Below are positions 27,116 through 36,753 of a DNA stretch of 64,000 nucleotides, in pieces (positions within the stretch are counted from its first letter, which is position 1; each line of letters opens with the position of its first letter). This DNA comes from a bacterium (GTDB taxonomy: Bacteria > Patescibacteriota > Microgenomatia > Curtissbacterales > GWA2-41-24): assembly GCA_021813945.1 (NCBI GenBank), contig JAKAJD010000001.1, positions 270,742-334,741 on the forward strand. The letters run 5' to 3'. The position numbers and the translations under genes were made by a program. Under the pieces are notes generated by a model, which did not search any database, had not been told where the DNA came from, and was given only the letters and a program-made list of their open reading frames with translations.

Positions 27116-27553
27116 TTACGGCTCAAGAATGTTACTTGGTTCTCTTACGCAAATGTAATATCCAAATGGGTCAATAATTCGAAAATCCCTACTTCCCCAA
27201 GGTTTTACCTTAAGTTCTTCGACTATGCACTTTTTACCTAAAGCTTTGATGACGTGATTGTAATAATCACCGATTGATTCTTCAGAAAGGTAAACGCATA
27301 CTTCTACGCCATATCCTCTTGGTGTATTTTTAGGGTATCTTTTAAAAAATGAGTGATTATATACTTGGCTGTTTCCGCAAAAGAAAGCAAGAACGCTTGA
27401 GTTTTTTTTCATTACTAAATAACCCAACTGTCCTTTTGGCGGCTTTTGCCACACTGTTTTAAATCCAAGTTTGCCGTAAAATTCAATTACCTGCTTAAAG
27501 TTCGGCACATGTAGCTCGACAATAATGCTAGAAAGTGCGACTTGTGGTTTCAC
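27116..27553 (-). CDS. VOC/glyoxalase-bleomycin resistance family protein
   Basis: 'IIVELHVPNFKQVIEFYGKLGFK' looks like a paired beta-alpha-beta-beta-beta module. 145 aa. Confidence 0.5.
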   Translation of the reverse strand: MKPQVALSSIIVELHVPNFKQVIEFYGKLGFKTVWQKPPKGQLGYLVMKKNSSVLAFFCGNSQVYNHSFFKRYPKNTPRGYGVEVCVYLSEESIGDYYNHVIKALGKKCIVEELKVKPWGSRDFRIIDPFGYYICVREPSNILEP

Positions 27554-27585
27554 TACGAAAGTATATTATAAAATAGCTCAAGAAC

Positions 27586-28107
27586 TCAGGACTGCCCAGA
27601 ATTAAAGCCTGGAAAAACTAGTAAGTCTTTATGAGAGTTTCTAGCTAAAAGTATTTCATCTGTCCGCGGCCTAAAAGCTAAATGAAAATGCATATTTCCA
27701 ACACAAGATCTACGAGTATCTAACGAAAGAGTTTCTACATGCTGTATTCCTAACCTTCTTTCCAAATCTCTTAAAATCCACGTTTTAGGAGAGCTACTTG
27801 AACCTTCTATCAAAATAACTTGTCCACCAGACAAAGATTTTAATTGTTCAAAATCGTCAGGGTATAAGTCTTGCATTGGTAATGCATGTAAAAGTCCGAA
27901 GGTTGTAGACGCTTCTCCTCTGATTAGAAATCCCGAGCAAGCTGCAAAACCTTCACTAGCATATGTCTGAAAAGCATCCCCAACTCTATACCTACCTTGA
28001 CTTACGTAAACAACATCAGCAGGTAAAGGTCGCCCAAATTCTGGCACTTCGGGGTATGCGTTTGGATTGTCATTGTCATAAGAAATGGCCCGAATTAATT
28101 TTTCCAC
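27586..28107 (-). CDS. Hypothetical protein
   Basis: 173 aa, no motif recognised. Confidence 0.4.
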   Translation of the reverse strand: MEKLIRAISYDNDNPNAYPEVPEFGRPLPADVVYVSQGRYRVGDAFQTYASEGFAACSGFLIRGEASTTFGLLHALPMQDLYPDDFEQLKSLSGGQVILIEGSSSSPKTWILRDLERRLGIQHVETLSLDTRRSCVGNMHFHLAFRPRTDEILLARNSHKDLLVFPGFNSGQS

Positions 28108-28197
28108 AGCTAGTAATTATATCAACTCTGAAGCAAAATATCAAACTATAGGTTACAAGAAGCGTCTTATGGTTCGAATCCAAGATGGATCCTTGTG

Positions 28198-28268
28198 CTG
28201 CGGGACTAGGATTCGAACCTAGATAAACGGATCCAAAGTCCGTTGTCCTACCATTAGACGATCCCGCA
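28198..28268 (-). tRNA. tRNA-Gln (anticodon TTG)
   Basis: Reverse complement reads TGCGGGATCGTCTAATGGTAGGACA ACGGAcTTTGGAtCCGT TTATCTAGGTTCGAATCCTAGTCCCGCAG. Confidence 0.85.
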
Positions 28269-28339
28269 ATGTATGTGTAATTTTAACAAAAATTCAACAA
28301 ATTGATCCAGTTTTAATAAATATTGCTATAATACGCCCA

Positions 28340-28816
28340 ATGGGAAATCCAGGCGGAAGCAAGGAAGCCGAACAATCGCCCTCAAGAGAAGCCTTTCAAG
28401 TAACTCCAATCGCCTATATGATTCTTAGGCGCGGAAACCGGATTCTGATTCTCAAGAGGGCCAAAACCGGCATGTTCAGTCTCCCTGCTGGCCACATGGA
28501 GGATGGTGAACGTTCGCTGGAAACAGCCGTAAGGGAAGTTGAAGAAGAAATCGGCGTAAAAGTTGAGCCCAGCCAAGCAAAGTTTGTTCATGTAGGACAC
28601 TTTAAAGATCCTATTGGCGAGCGGGTTGCATTTTTCTATGAGTGCGCTAGCTGGACAGGGGAACCCCAACTTATGGAACCTCATATCCACGACGAAACCC
28701 GTTGGGCGCTTATAGATAATTTGCCGGAAAACATGCAACCTTATGTTAGACGGTCCTTGGAAAACATCGCCCTGCAAAAACCTCTCACAGAATACGGTTG
28801 GGACCAAAGTTCTTAA
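28340..28816 (+). CDS. NUDIX hydrolase
   Basis: Nudix box 'GHMEDGERSLETAVREVEEEIGV'. Confidence 0.8.
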   Translation: MGNPGGSKEAEQSPSREAFQVTPIAYMILRRGNRILILKRAKTGMFSLPAGHMEDGERSLETAVREVEEEIGVKVEPSQAKFVHVGHFKDPIGERVAFFYECASWTGEPQLMEPHIHDETRWALIDNLPENMQPYVRRSLENIALQKPLTEYGWDQSS

Positions 28817-28853
28817 AGGTTTTCAGCTATACACCCTGCTATAATTACGCCTC

Positions 28854-29762
28854 ATGAGCGTAGAAAGATTCAAGCTCTCTCAAATGAGATTAAGGACTCA
28901 TGAAGCCTACAATCGCGCCAAGGAAAGAGATCAGCAATTTTTAGGCGATGATCCACGGCATCTTGATCCATGGGATTATCGTGGAGACAGAGGTGTTGAT
29001 GATTATTCCAAGTACTTACCCCAATTCGAAGGAAAAACTTTCGTAGAGCATATTTCCGAAAAAAATCAACAAGGTGCCGAAGTAACAGTATTAGATATAG
29101 GATGTGGACAAGGAATAACGCTAGCCCAATTGCAGCAGCGCTTTCCGGCAATAAAAACTTACGGAATCTCCGCAACAGACATGAGACAAGACAACGTACC
29201 GGAAGATCTAAGAAGCTTTGTGGATCAGATAGATTACAGGGTAGGCGATATACATCACTTGAGGAAATTTTTTAAAGACGAGCGATTTGACATAATAGTT
29301 TCACTTAGAACATTTGTTCACCTAGGAGATCCGCTGAGTGTTTTAAAACAGAGCTATGCTTTGCTTAAAAGAAATGGTGTCGCTTTTCTGGATGAACCCG
29401 GCATATGGCTTGAAATGGCAGATGCTCCCACCTTACGAAATATATGGCAAGCGGATGGCGCAAATCCGGAGTTTGACGGTTTTTTAGGAAGTACTCTTGA
29501 TCTCTTTGGAGCAAATGGGTTAACCCCAACAAGGTCAAATGTTTTCTGTAGCAGCCATCTTGCGATTCGAAAGGAATCGGATAACCCACACCTCTCTATG
29601 CCCTTTGTCCACGCATTCCCAAAAACACCAAATTTCGAAAACTTACAGCCTTACGATTTCCAACCACCGAACACAAAAGATACCAAGCCCGTAAGCCGCC
29701 AAGTAAGGCGTCATCTCGAAAGGCAACAGCGCAAAAAAGACCGCAAACATAAAATACGTTAG
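28854..29762 (+). CDS. Class I SAM-dependent methyltransferase (paralog of 57156..57875)
   Basis: Motif I 'VLDIGCGQGITLAQL'. It shares 'GISATD', 'ERFDIIVS', 'YALLKRNG' and 'LSMPF' blocks with ORF 57156. Confidence 0.7.
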   Translation: MSVERFKLSQMRLRTHEAYNRAKERDQQFLGDDPRHLDPWDYRGDRGVDDYSKYLPQFEGKTFVEHISEKNQQGAEVTVLDIGCGQGITLAQLQQRFPAIKTYGISATDMRQDNVPEDLRSFVDQIDYRVGDIHHLRKFFKDERFDIIVSLRTFVHLGDPLSVLKQSYALLKRNGVAFLDEPGIWLEMADAPTLRNIWQADGANPEFDGFLGSTLDLFGANGLTPTRSNVFCSSHLAIRKESDNPHLSMPFVHAFPKTPNFENLQPYDFQPPNTKDTKPVSRQVRRHLERQQRKKDRKHKIR

Positions 29763-29928
29763 AGTCGGTAATTCAAAAAATTAGGAAGTCTTTTTGAAAA
29801 TTTGTCTAACCCGAGCAATTTGCGCCCAAAAATGTTATCATAGGTAAGTCTTAAGTAGGTGAAGTTTAAAGTTTTCTCCAAAAACTCCTAAATCTAATCT
29901 CATTTAAGTTCGAAGGAAAGGAGGTTTT

Positions 29929-30234
29929 ATGGCAAAAAGATTATTTGTTGGTAGTCTCTCTTATAGTACTACACAATCCCAGCTTGAAGATTTATTTTCA
30001 CAAGTCGGGAAAATTGCGAGCCTTAATTTGATAATTGATAAATTCTCAGGCAGAAGCAAAGGGTTTGCTTTTGTGGAATTTGCAACAGACGGCGAAGCAG
30101 ATGAGGCTATCAAAAAATTTAACAATTTTGAACTGGATGGCAGAAAATTGGTAGTCAACGAAGCACGTCCTCAAGAGGACAGGCCAAATCGGCAAAACGG
30201 TAGGGGTAATTTCCAAAGATCCAAGAGTTGGTAG
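29929..30234 (+). CDS. RRM-type RNA-binding protein
   Basis: RNP-2 'LFVGSL' and RNP-1 'KGFAFVEF', with an RG/N-rich tail. Strong RBS 'AAGGAAAGGAGG'. Confidence 0.85.
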   Translation: MAKRLFVGSLSYSTTQSQLEDLFSQVGKIASLNLIIDKFSGRSKGFAFVEFATDGEADEAIKKFNNFELDGRKLVVNEARPQEDRPNRQNGRGNFQRSKSW

Positions 30235-30238
30235 AAAA

Positions 30239-30508
30239 ATGCAAAAAGACGAAGGCTATTCAAAATGTATACGCTGCGGCAAGACGCGCATCCTTTTAAA
30301 AAGGTGGAAGGATCACGGTGTAACCGGTAAGGGCAACGTGGTTCATCATGAGCAAACTGTTTGCCCGGATAGCGAGTGCCAAAAGATTGTAGATGAAAAG
30401 TTCCAAGCGATGAGAGACATCAAAGCTAAAGCCGAAGAACGTAAAAAGGCAGTACTCGAAAGCAAACTAATGGCTAAAAAGCCTGTGTCCACAAGCGCCA
30501 AAGCTTAA
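30239..30508 (+). CDS. Zinc-ribbon small protein
   Basis: Cys pairs 'CIRCGK' and 'CPDSEC'. 89 aa with a basic tail. Confidence 0.4.
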   Translation: MQKDEGYSKCIRCGKTRILLKRWKDHGVTGKGNVVHHEQTVCPDSECQKIVDEKFQAMRDIKAKAEERKKAVLESKLMAKKPVSTSAKA

Positions 30509-30542
30509 CAAACAGCCAAAAAGTTGCTAGACTTAACGCAAT

Positions 30543-30977
30543 TTGCAAAGCATTTTAAAAATTCTAACCAAATATGCCCTCCACATCGCGCTAATCCAAG
30601 CTTGGCTGGCAAGTCTTGGCAGCTTATTTTATTCACAAATAGTTGGCCTTGTACCTTGCCACCTCTGCTGGTACCAAAGAATCCTGATGTATCCTTTGGT
30701 TATTATTCTTCCAATTGCGCTGCTTCGCAAAGATAAAGGCGTCGCTTATTACGTTTTACCATTGTCTGTAATCGGCACACTCATAGCCTTTTATCAGTAT
30801 CTCTTGCAAATGACCCCGCTTAAAGCCGCCGAGCTAACCAAATGTGATCTCGTAAATCCCTGCAGTAAAATCGACGCCATTTACTTTGGGTTTATAACCA
30901 TTCCATTCATGTCGCTTTTGGCCTTTTTAGTTATTTCTTTTATGATGTTTCTTCTGATAAAATCTAAAAAACAGTAA
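30543..30977 (+). CDS. DsbB/BdbC-like disulfide bond formation protein B
   Basis: 4 TM helices with Cys pairs 'CHLCWYQRILMYP' and 'CDLVNPC'. Confidence 0.65.
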   Translation: MQSILKILTKYALHIALIQAWLASLGSLFYSQIVGLVPCHLCWYQRILMYPLVIILPIALLRKDKGVAYYVLPLSVIGTLIAFYQYLLQMTPLKAAELTKCDLVNPCSKIDAIYFGFITIPFMSLLAFLVISFMMFLLIKSKKQ

Positions 30978-31663
30978 TGGGCGGCGAGAAAAAATTCATA
31001 ATCGGCATAGGGGTTTTAACGGTAATAATCGTTGTAGCCGGCGCGATGCTGCTCGGGAAACAAAAACCTCCTGAAGCCCAAAATACAGACAAAATAGACG
31101 AAGCATTGCTTCTCAAGGATCCCAAAAACGGAATCGGAGATCCCAATGCACCTGTTCAAATCGTTGAATTTGGAGATTACCAATGCCCGGCTTGTGAAGC
31201 CGCTTACCCGATAATGAAAGACCTAGTTTCAAAAAACCAAAACAAAGTCTATTTCGTATTTAGGAATTTTCCCCTAAGTGTTCACCCTAATTCCCAAATT
31301 ACCTCAAAAGCGGCAGAAGCAGCAGCTCTTCAAGGCAAATTTTGGGAAATGCACGACATTCTCTACGAAAAACAAAAGGAATGGGCAACTTCTCAAAACC
31401 CCAAAGACCTTATCGACGGATATGCAAAGTCAATTGGCCTTGACATCGACAAATTTAATGGTGATCTAGACAAAGTCACAGGTCAAGTCAACAGCGATTA
31501 TGATCTTGGAAACAAGTATGGTGTCAATTCTACACCGACCTTTTTCATAAACGGCATCAAATATCCGGGTGTACAGCAAGAAGGCCAACTGCAACAGTTG
31601 ATAGATCAACTCAGTCAGGACAAAACTGGTTCGCCGCAATCCGCATCACCTTCTGCAAAATAA
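30977..31663 (+). CDS. DsbA-like thioredoxin-fold thiol:disulfide oxidoreductase
   Basis: Signal anchor plus 'FGDYQCPACEAAYP' (CPxC motif). 228 aa. Confidence 0.8.
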   Translation: MGGEKKFIIGIGVLTVIIVVAGAMLLGKQKPPEAQNTDKIDEALLLKDPKNGIGDPNAPVQIVEFGDYQCPACEAAYPIMKDLVSKNQNKVYFVFRNFPLSVHPNSQITSKAAEAAALQGKFWEMHDILYEKQKEWATSQNPKDLIDGYAKSIGLDIDKFNGDLDKVTGQVNSDYDLGNKYGVNSTPTFFINGIKYPGVQQEGQLQQLIDQLSQDKTGSPQSASPSAK

Positions 31664-31703
31664 CTTGACAGAAACCACTGCCGTCAAGTTTAATCAAAAG
31701 TCA

Positions 31704-32582
31704 ATGAAATTTACGAAAATAACAATCACCGCTTCTGTTTTTCTTATTTTAATAATGGGTGTGGTTTATTTTGCCAAAAATGCAAGAACGACTGAAAAAG
31801 CTCCAGTAATTCAAGTATTAAGCGCTCACGAAGCTAATTCAACACCACGGGAGGCCTCAAAAAGCCCAAGTCCTAGCAGGGAAGCTACAAGCAGTTTTGT
31901 CCCAACACTAGCCTCTGGCTATTGCCTCAACGTACCAGTTTTAATGTACCACCATATAGAACCCTCTACCCAAGCGAAAGCTGAGGGTCATTCAAGCCTC
32001 AATGTTGATTCCGGCATTTTCGCCTCACAAATGGCCTATCTTTCATCAAAAGGCTACAACACCATAACAGCTGATGACCTTGTTAACGCTCTAAAAAGGC
32101 AAGGCACAATTCCTTCAAAAAGCATTGTTTTAACTTTTGATGATGGGTACAGTGATTTTTATACATATGCTTTTCCGGTAATCAAGCAATACAACTTTAA
32201 AGCAAACCTCATGATCCCCACCGGGCTAATTCAAAATAACGGGTACATGACTTGGGGTCAGCTCCAAGAAATTTCCTCAAGTGGCAGCAAAATCTACAAT
32301 CATACCTGGTCTCACGCATCACTTGGGGGAGCAACAATCGATAAAATTACCTACGAAATTTCAACGGCAAACAAGCAAATATCCCAATACCTGGGTTACA
32401 CTCCGGATATCTTCACCTATCCTTACGGATCGGAAGGGTCGACTGTCATAAATTATCTCGTCTCCCAAGGGTTCCGTGGAGCCTTTTCTGAAATTCCCGG
32501 CACCTACCAATGCGATTCTTATCTTATGACCTTACACCGAACCAGAATAGGCAATTCACAGCTTTCAGCATACGGTATCTAA
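31704..32582 (+). CDS. Polysaccharide deacetylase (NodB homology domain)
   Basis: 'LTFDDGYSDFYTYAFPV' matches NodB motif 1. Also 'HTWSH'. The ORF track starts at TTG 31665; an ATG at 31704 gives a signal anchor. Confidence 0.7.
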   Translation: MKFTKITITASVFLILIMGVVYFAKNARTTEKAPVIQVLSAHEANSTPREASKSPSPSREATSSFVPTLASGYCLNVPVLMYHHIEPSTQAKAEGHSSLNVDSGIFASQMAYLSSKGYNTITADDLVNALKRQGTIPSKSIVLTFDDGYSDFYTYAFPVIKQYNFKANLMIPTGLIQNNGYMTWGQLQEISSSGSKIYNHTWSHASLGGATIDKITYEISTANKQISQYLGYTPDIFTYPYGSEGSTVINYLVSQGFRGAFSEIPGTYQCDSYLMTLHRTRIGNSQLSAYGI

Positions 32583-32854
32583 TACTTCAGAAAAACTCGA
32601 CCCACAACATCGGATCGCTTAAGCTCGTAAACCTTTTTTGCCAATGATTTATTGTCAGAAACAGTAGTAACTTTTTCGCCGTTCAGCTTGCTAACTCTTT
32701 TTATAAGATGATTTGAGTCGCCTTTAAACACCACAACACTGCCTTTTTGGATTTTTCCCCAATTGAAAGTAATAACCCTATCAAATTCCCGAAAAACAGG
32801 TTCCATGCTATGATCTCTAACAATAAAAATTGAGAGGGGGAATTTAAACTTCAC
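32579..32854 (-). CDS. sodX: Nickel-type superoxide dismutase maturation protease (S26-like, SodX)
   Basis: 91 aa. Ser in 'DHSMEPVF' and Lys in 'LIKRVSKLNGEKV' match the signal-peptidase Ser/Lys dyad motifs. It sits in an operon with sodN. Confidence 0.6.
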   Translation of the reverse strand: MKFKFPLSIFIVRDHSMEPVFREFDRVITFNWGKIQKGSVVVFKGDSNHLIKRVSKLNGEKVTTVSDNKSLAKKVYELKRSDVVGRVFLKY

Positions 32855-33110
32855 TAGTAGTTAAAACTCGTGGAGCACCGATATGTCCAACCACCAAGCG
32901 TCTACGCTCTTGAGGATCTATTTTTTCAATCCTTTCATGAAAATTATCCTCTGTTGATTCTACGATTACCGTTTCACCGTACAAAACGCCTATCCAAGTT
33001 CCCAGGGGATACATTTCTGAGGCAATTATTCCGTCCAGTACTTTTTGGTCTGAATCGTGTTTTTCAATTTCGCGTCCTATGATGTCATGTACTTCTTTTC
33101 CATGACTCAT
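32844..33110 (-). CDS. Hypothetical His-containing small protein inside the sodN-sodX operon
   Basis: 88 aa. Its start overlaps the sodN stop by 4 nt, and its stop overlaps the sodX start by 11 nt. Confidence 0.4.
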   Translation of the reverse strand: MSHGKEVHDIIGREIEKHDSDQKVLDGIIASEMYPLGTWIGVLYGETVIVESTEDNFHERIEKIDPQERRRLVVGHIGAPRVLTTSEV

Positions 33111-33544
33111 TTCTTTGCCCCTGCCTTTACTTTATTAAACATTTCGGTTATTTCGTCAACAGCAGTTTTAAGATCTTGGGCAGCATTCATATCAACAGAT
33201 TGCTTATTGGTAGAGCAAAGTTTTGTTGCTTTCCAAAATTTATCGTGAAGGTCCGGAAAGATTTCCAAATGCTCCGGCTTAAAAAAATCCGTCCACAAAA
33301 TCAAAAGCTCTTCTTTGCAGCGCCTGGCATGCTCCTCTTTGGTCCAAACTGCTCTTACAAACAAATTCCTATCACCAACAGTCGCATTTTCCTTTGGCAG
33401 CCCTTCTATCTTTTCGACCATTTTCAAAACGGTTTCTGCAGCAATCTGCGCCGGTTTGGGGTCGTAAATCCCGCACGGTACATCACAATGAGCAAACGCT
33501 GTTTCTATTGGGAAAAATCGGTCAAAAAATCTAAGTATCTTCAT
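33107..33544 (-). CDS. sodN: Nickel superoxide dismutase precursor (NiSOD)
   Basis: The leader 'MKILRFFDRFFPIETAFA' is followed by 'HCDVPCGIYDP', which matches the Ni-hook HCDLPCGVYDP of the mature N-terminus. Confidence 0.8.
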   Translation of the reverse strand: MKILRFFDRFFPIETAFAHCDVPCGIYDPKPAQIAAETVLKMVEKIEGLPKENATVGDRNLFVRAVWTKEEHARRCKEELLILWTDFFKPEHLEIFPDLHDKFWKATKLCSTNKQSVDMNAAQDLKTAVDEITEMFNKVKAGAKK

Positions 33545-33690
33545 GTCGAAGGATTATTATAACAGACAAAACAAGAGTCTATATTGTTAACAGTATTATT
33601 AACAAAGGTCAGGCCTTAAGTCAGGCCGGTTCAACGAAGAAGACCTGACCTTGGGATAAAAAATGGGGAAACTCACAACTAGCCTGCCGT

Positions 33691-34383
33691 CTACGCCTGC
33701 ACGAACTTTAGCAGATATTTCTTGCTCAGCTCAATACCGCTTTGTGGGAGAATTTTAACTTTTTCAGCATAGGTCAAGACGTTATTAAGAAGGATAAAGT
33801 TTGCACTTATTCCAAGAGCAAATATTGACCTTTCCAAAATAACTACAGGAATAAGCGTGTTCCAGTATAAAGGTGTAGTTTTAAAAGCCCAAATCCATAA
33901 AGCACCGCCTACAGAGTGCGACGAAAATGTCGCAAACAGTGAATTTGCGAAAAGCGATTTTTTTCTAAAAAGCGAAGCTGCAAGTGGAATCATCCAAAGA
34001 AACGTAAAATACCAAACAGCACGACCAACAGGATTTAAAAGAAACAGCAAAATCGAAGCGGCAGGCAACACCAAAGCCCACTTATCCTTGCGGGAAAAGG
34101 CAAAAACCCCAGCCCCCATCGAAACTAGTCTGCTCGTTGCCAAAAGCGCCAAAATTGAAACAGTACTAAGAGATGAAAATCCGTGCAAGAAAAGATTGGC
34201 TATCTGCATTGCAAAAACAGCTACGAATCCAAAAGTCGTGCCCAAAAACGCTCCGGAAACCGGGTAAAACATATCAAAAAAAGTTAATTTGGCACGAGTT
34301 CCAACTAACGTGTTAACCGGAAGCTGCAGAAGTAAAAAGCCCAAAGCTGCAAAGATTAAAATGTAAAGAAGTTTATTTTTCAT
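33691..34383 (-). CDS. Polytopic membrane protein (possible ECF-transporter S-component-like)
   Basis: 230 aa, 5-6 TM helices. It overlaps the upstream SDR gene by 4 nt. Confidence 0.4.
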   Translation of the reverse strand: MKNKLLYILIFAALGFLLLQLPVNTLVGTRAKLTFFDMFYPVSGAFLGTTFGFVAVFAMQIANLFLHGFSSLSTVSILALLATSRLVSMGAGVFAFSRKDKWALVLPAASILLFLLNPVGRAVWYFTFLWMIPLAASLFRKKSLFANSLFATFSSHSVGGALWIWAFKTTPLYWNTLIPVVILERSIFALGISANFILLNNVLTYAEKVKILPQSGIELSKKYLLKFVQA

Positions 34384-35105
34384 ACAATGCCTGGAACAAA
34401 TCCACCCGCTACTTCGATATTAGCTCCATTTATATAATATGCATCTGGAGAAATCAAGAACCGAATAGCGCTTACTACATCATTAGGCATCGCCGTGCGC
34501 TTCATTGGGAATTCTCTTGTATTAAAAATGTCCGTCTCCAGTGAGGCCGGAGAAACCATATTCACATGAATTCCGTGTTTTGCTTCCTCAAAAGCCATCG
34601 TTTTTGTCAAAACGTAAATGGCATTCTTCCCTAAGAAATAGGGTATAGATTTATGGCGAATTATGGATCTTTCAGCACCTACTGACCCAATGTTTATCAC
34701 ATGTCCAAATTTCTGATTTCTCATAATTTCAAACGCGGCCCGTGAACAGTATAAGGTGGAATAAACGTTCGATTCGACAATATCACGAAATTCAGCATTG
34801 GTGGTTTTTGAAAACTCCTTGAATAAGAAATTTCCAACATTATTTACAAGAACATCAAGTCGTCCAAACTCACGTCTGATTCTGGAAAAAATTTCCTCCA
34901 CATCCTTTTCGTTAGTCAAATCTCCACTAACAATAATCGATTTGGAAATTTTGTTAATTTCCAAAGCTATTTTTTCGGCTTCTTTCTTGCTTGATCTATA
35001 GTGGACGGCAACACTAAAGCCATCCTTAGCAAGCTCCAGCGCGATATCTCTACCCAAACCTTTTGCAGAACCGGTAACTAATGCAACTTTTCCCATAGAT
35101 TGCAT
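34380..35105 (-). CDS. SDR-family oxidoreductase (FabG-like)
   Basis: 'ALVTGSAKGLGRD' (TGxxxGxG) and the catalytic 'YVLTK' (YxxxK). Confidence 0.8.
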   Translation of the reverse strand: MQSMGKVALVTGSAKGLGRDIALELAKDGFSVAVHYRSSKKEAEKIALEINKISKSIIVSGDLTNEKDVEEIFSRIRREFGRLDVLVNNVGNFLFKEFSKTTNAEFRDIVESNVYSTLYCSRAAFEIMRNQKFGHVINIGSVGAERSIIRHKSIPYFLGKNAIYVLTKTMAFEEAKHGIHVNMVSPASLETDIFNTREFPMKRTAMPNDVVSAIRFLISPDAYYINGANIEVAGGFVPGIV

Positions 35106-35153
35106 ATTAAACCAGATTTTGACTTCTTCTACAATTTAAACTAATCTAAAAAT

Positions 35154-35705
35154 GTGCCTGACAAATTGAAATTATTGCTTGTTGCAATAATTACCGTACT
35201 AGCCATTCTGGCAGCACTATTTTTCACTCAAAATAAAAAGGCTCAAAACTCAAAAGGGTCACAAGTCCCTGTCTCCGCTTCGCAAGCTGCAAAACCAATG
35301 ACCTTGGAAGACATCCAAACTTCAATTAGCGAAAACTTTAACTCCAAAAACTTCGCAAAAATGGAAGAAATTATGCAAAAACCAAATGTCCAGGTAACAA
35401 TCCAGTCTACCGAATGCTGTTCATCTGTTACATCGAGCCAGGCATCAAGCATGCTATCCTACGTCCAAAAAGGAATTCCGATGGATTTCAACCAAAAAAA
35501 CCCAACAATTGTCACACTCAAATCAAAGCACCCAGAGCTTAAAAGTGCCTACGTTGGGATTTCCAAAAACGACACTCAGCTGGTTGCTTTTTCCTTAAAT
35601 AAAAATAGCGAAATATCTGCAATAACGATGGCCGTTAGCTGGAAAATATTTGACTTCAGCGCACAACAGCCTTCACCGAGTCCAACCAGCTCAAGTCACC
35701 TTTAG
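35154..35705 (+). CDS. Secreted hypothetical protein
   Basis: Signal anchor 'LLLVAIITVLAILAALFF'. 183 aa. Confidence 0.45.
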   Translation: MPDKLKLLLVAIITVLAILAALFFTQNKKAQNSKGSQVPVSASQAAKPMTLEDIQTSISENFNSKNFAKMEEIMQKPNVQVTIQSTECCSSVTSSQASSMLSYVQKGIPMDFNQKNPTIVTLKSKHPELKSAYVGISKNDTQLVAFSLNKNSEISAITMAVSWKIFDFSAQQPSPSPTSSSHL

Positions 35706-36753
35706 ATTTTCTGTATTCCCAAAACTCAGCACCCCATAAGCCCACGGATTTTACTCTGGAATCAACCAAGTATTTATTGGCGCGACCTATGTCCGATGCG
35801 CTGAAGGCTTCCTCTTTGTCGGCATCCGCAAGCACCCTAATATAGGGCTCCGCCTGCATTTCCAGAACCCATAAATCGTGTTTATTCAAGTTCTCGTCAT
35901 GCGCTAGATTGAAAAAGTTAGGTGAAAGAAAAAGCCAAGACTGAACTGGCCAACTGAAGGACCTTGGCCACGGCGCCTTAAAAGTTCTTCCAAACAAATC
36001 AAAGGAGAATAGATATGTTCCTTGAGTCTTAAAATAAGCATTTACACCGATAACATCGTTGCCCCCAAGAAGCGCAACCAGACCTTTCCATCTTCCATCC
36101 AAAGCCGCCGGACCTACGTGGTTTAAAATAATTGGTCTGCCATATGGGTCTGCTTTTCTAACAGCAGACATTTCCATAAGCAGCACGCTTTTGTCTATTT
36201 TCCAATTATTGACATTGGCCAAAAATGGTTCGTTTTCAACTTGCCAATAAGCGATATTGTCATAAGAAGAAAGCTCACTAACTACCATTTTATCGACGTT
36301 AACTAAATCGGGGACAATTGGGTTTGCGCTATCAATAACTTGTCCAAATTTTAGTTTCCTGGCTTCTTCGCTTGGCAGGTGGAATTCTGGGTAATAAGGA
36401 GTTTTTGCACCTAGCGCTACGATAACCTTTATATCGCGTTTTTTTGCCTGTTCAACTGCAAATCTAAGATCCTCAAAATCATTGGTGAAAACCCAGTTGC
36501 CGGAATCTCGCCTAACCATACTGTCCCAAAAAAACGGCAGCCTGACCCATTTAAAGTGGGCACTGTCCAAAAGGTCGATGTAGGCTTTTCTGGAATCAAG
36601 TCCGAACCATCCTGCACGCTCAAAACTGTAAGAAAAACCATAATCTGGCTTAAAGCCTTCAGCTAAATTTCTAGAAGGAAATGGAGATAAAAACGCATAA
36701 GAAATGTATAAAAATAAAATAACAAAAAGTGTAATAATAATGCGCTTTGCCAT
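35656..36753 (-). CDS. Glycoside hydrolase, clan GH-A (GH5-like)
   Basis: Signal anchor. 'YWQVENEPF' is the NEP catalytic acid/base motif. 365 aa. Confidence 0.5.
   Translation of the reverse strand: MAKRIIITLFVILFLYISYAFLSPFPSRNLAEGFKPDYGFSYSFERAGWFGLDSRKAYIDLLDSAHFKWVRLPFFWDSMVRRDSGNWVFTNDFEDLRFAVEQAKKRDIKVIVALGAKTPYYPEFHLPSEEARKLKFGQVIDSANPIVPDLVNVDKMVVSELSSYDNIAYWQVENEPFLANVNNWKIDKSVLLMEMSAVRKADPYGRPIILNHVGPAALDGRWKGLVALLGGNDVIGVNAYFKTQGTYLFSFDLFGRTFKAPWPRSFSWPVQSWLFLSPNFFNLAHDENLNKHDLWVLEMQAEPYIRVLADADKEEAFSASDIGRANKYLVDSRVKSVGLWGAEFWEYRKSKGDLSWLDSVKAVVR

Noticed and set aside
28150-28195. GGTTCGAATCC T-loop-like fragment upstream of tRNA-Gln
   Set aside because: Only the generic T-loop 11-mer is present. 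No acceptor, D or anticodon arms can be folded. It is not a tRNA gene; it is kept only as a possible insertion scar in a finding.
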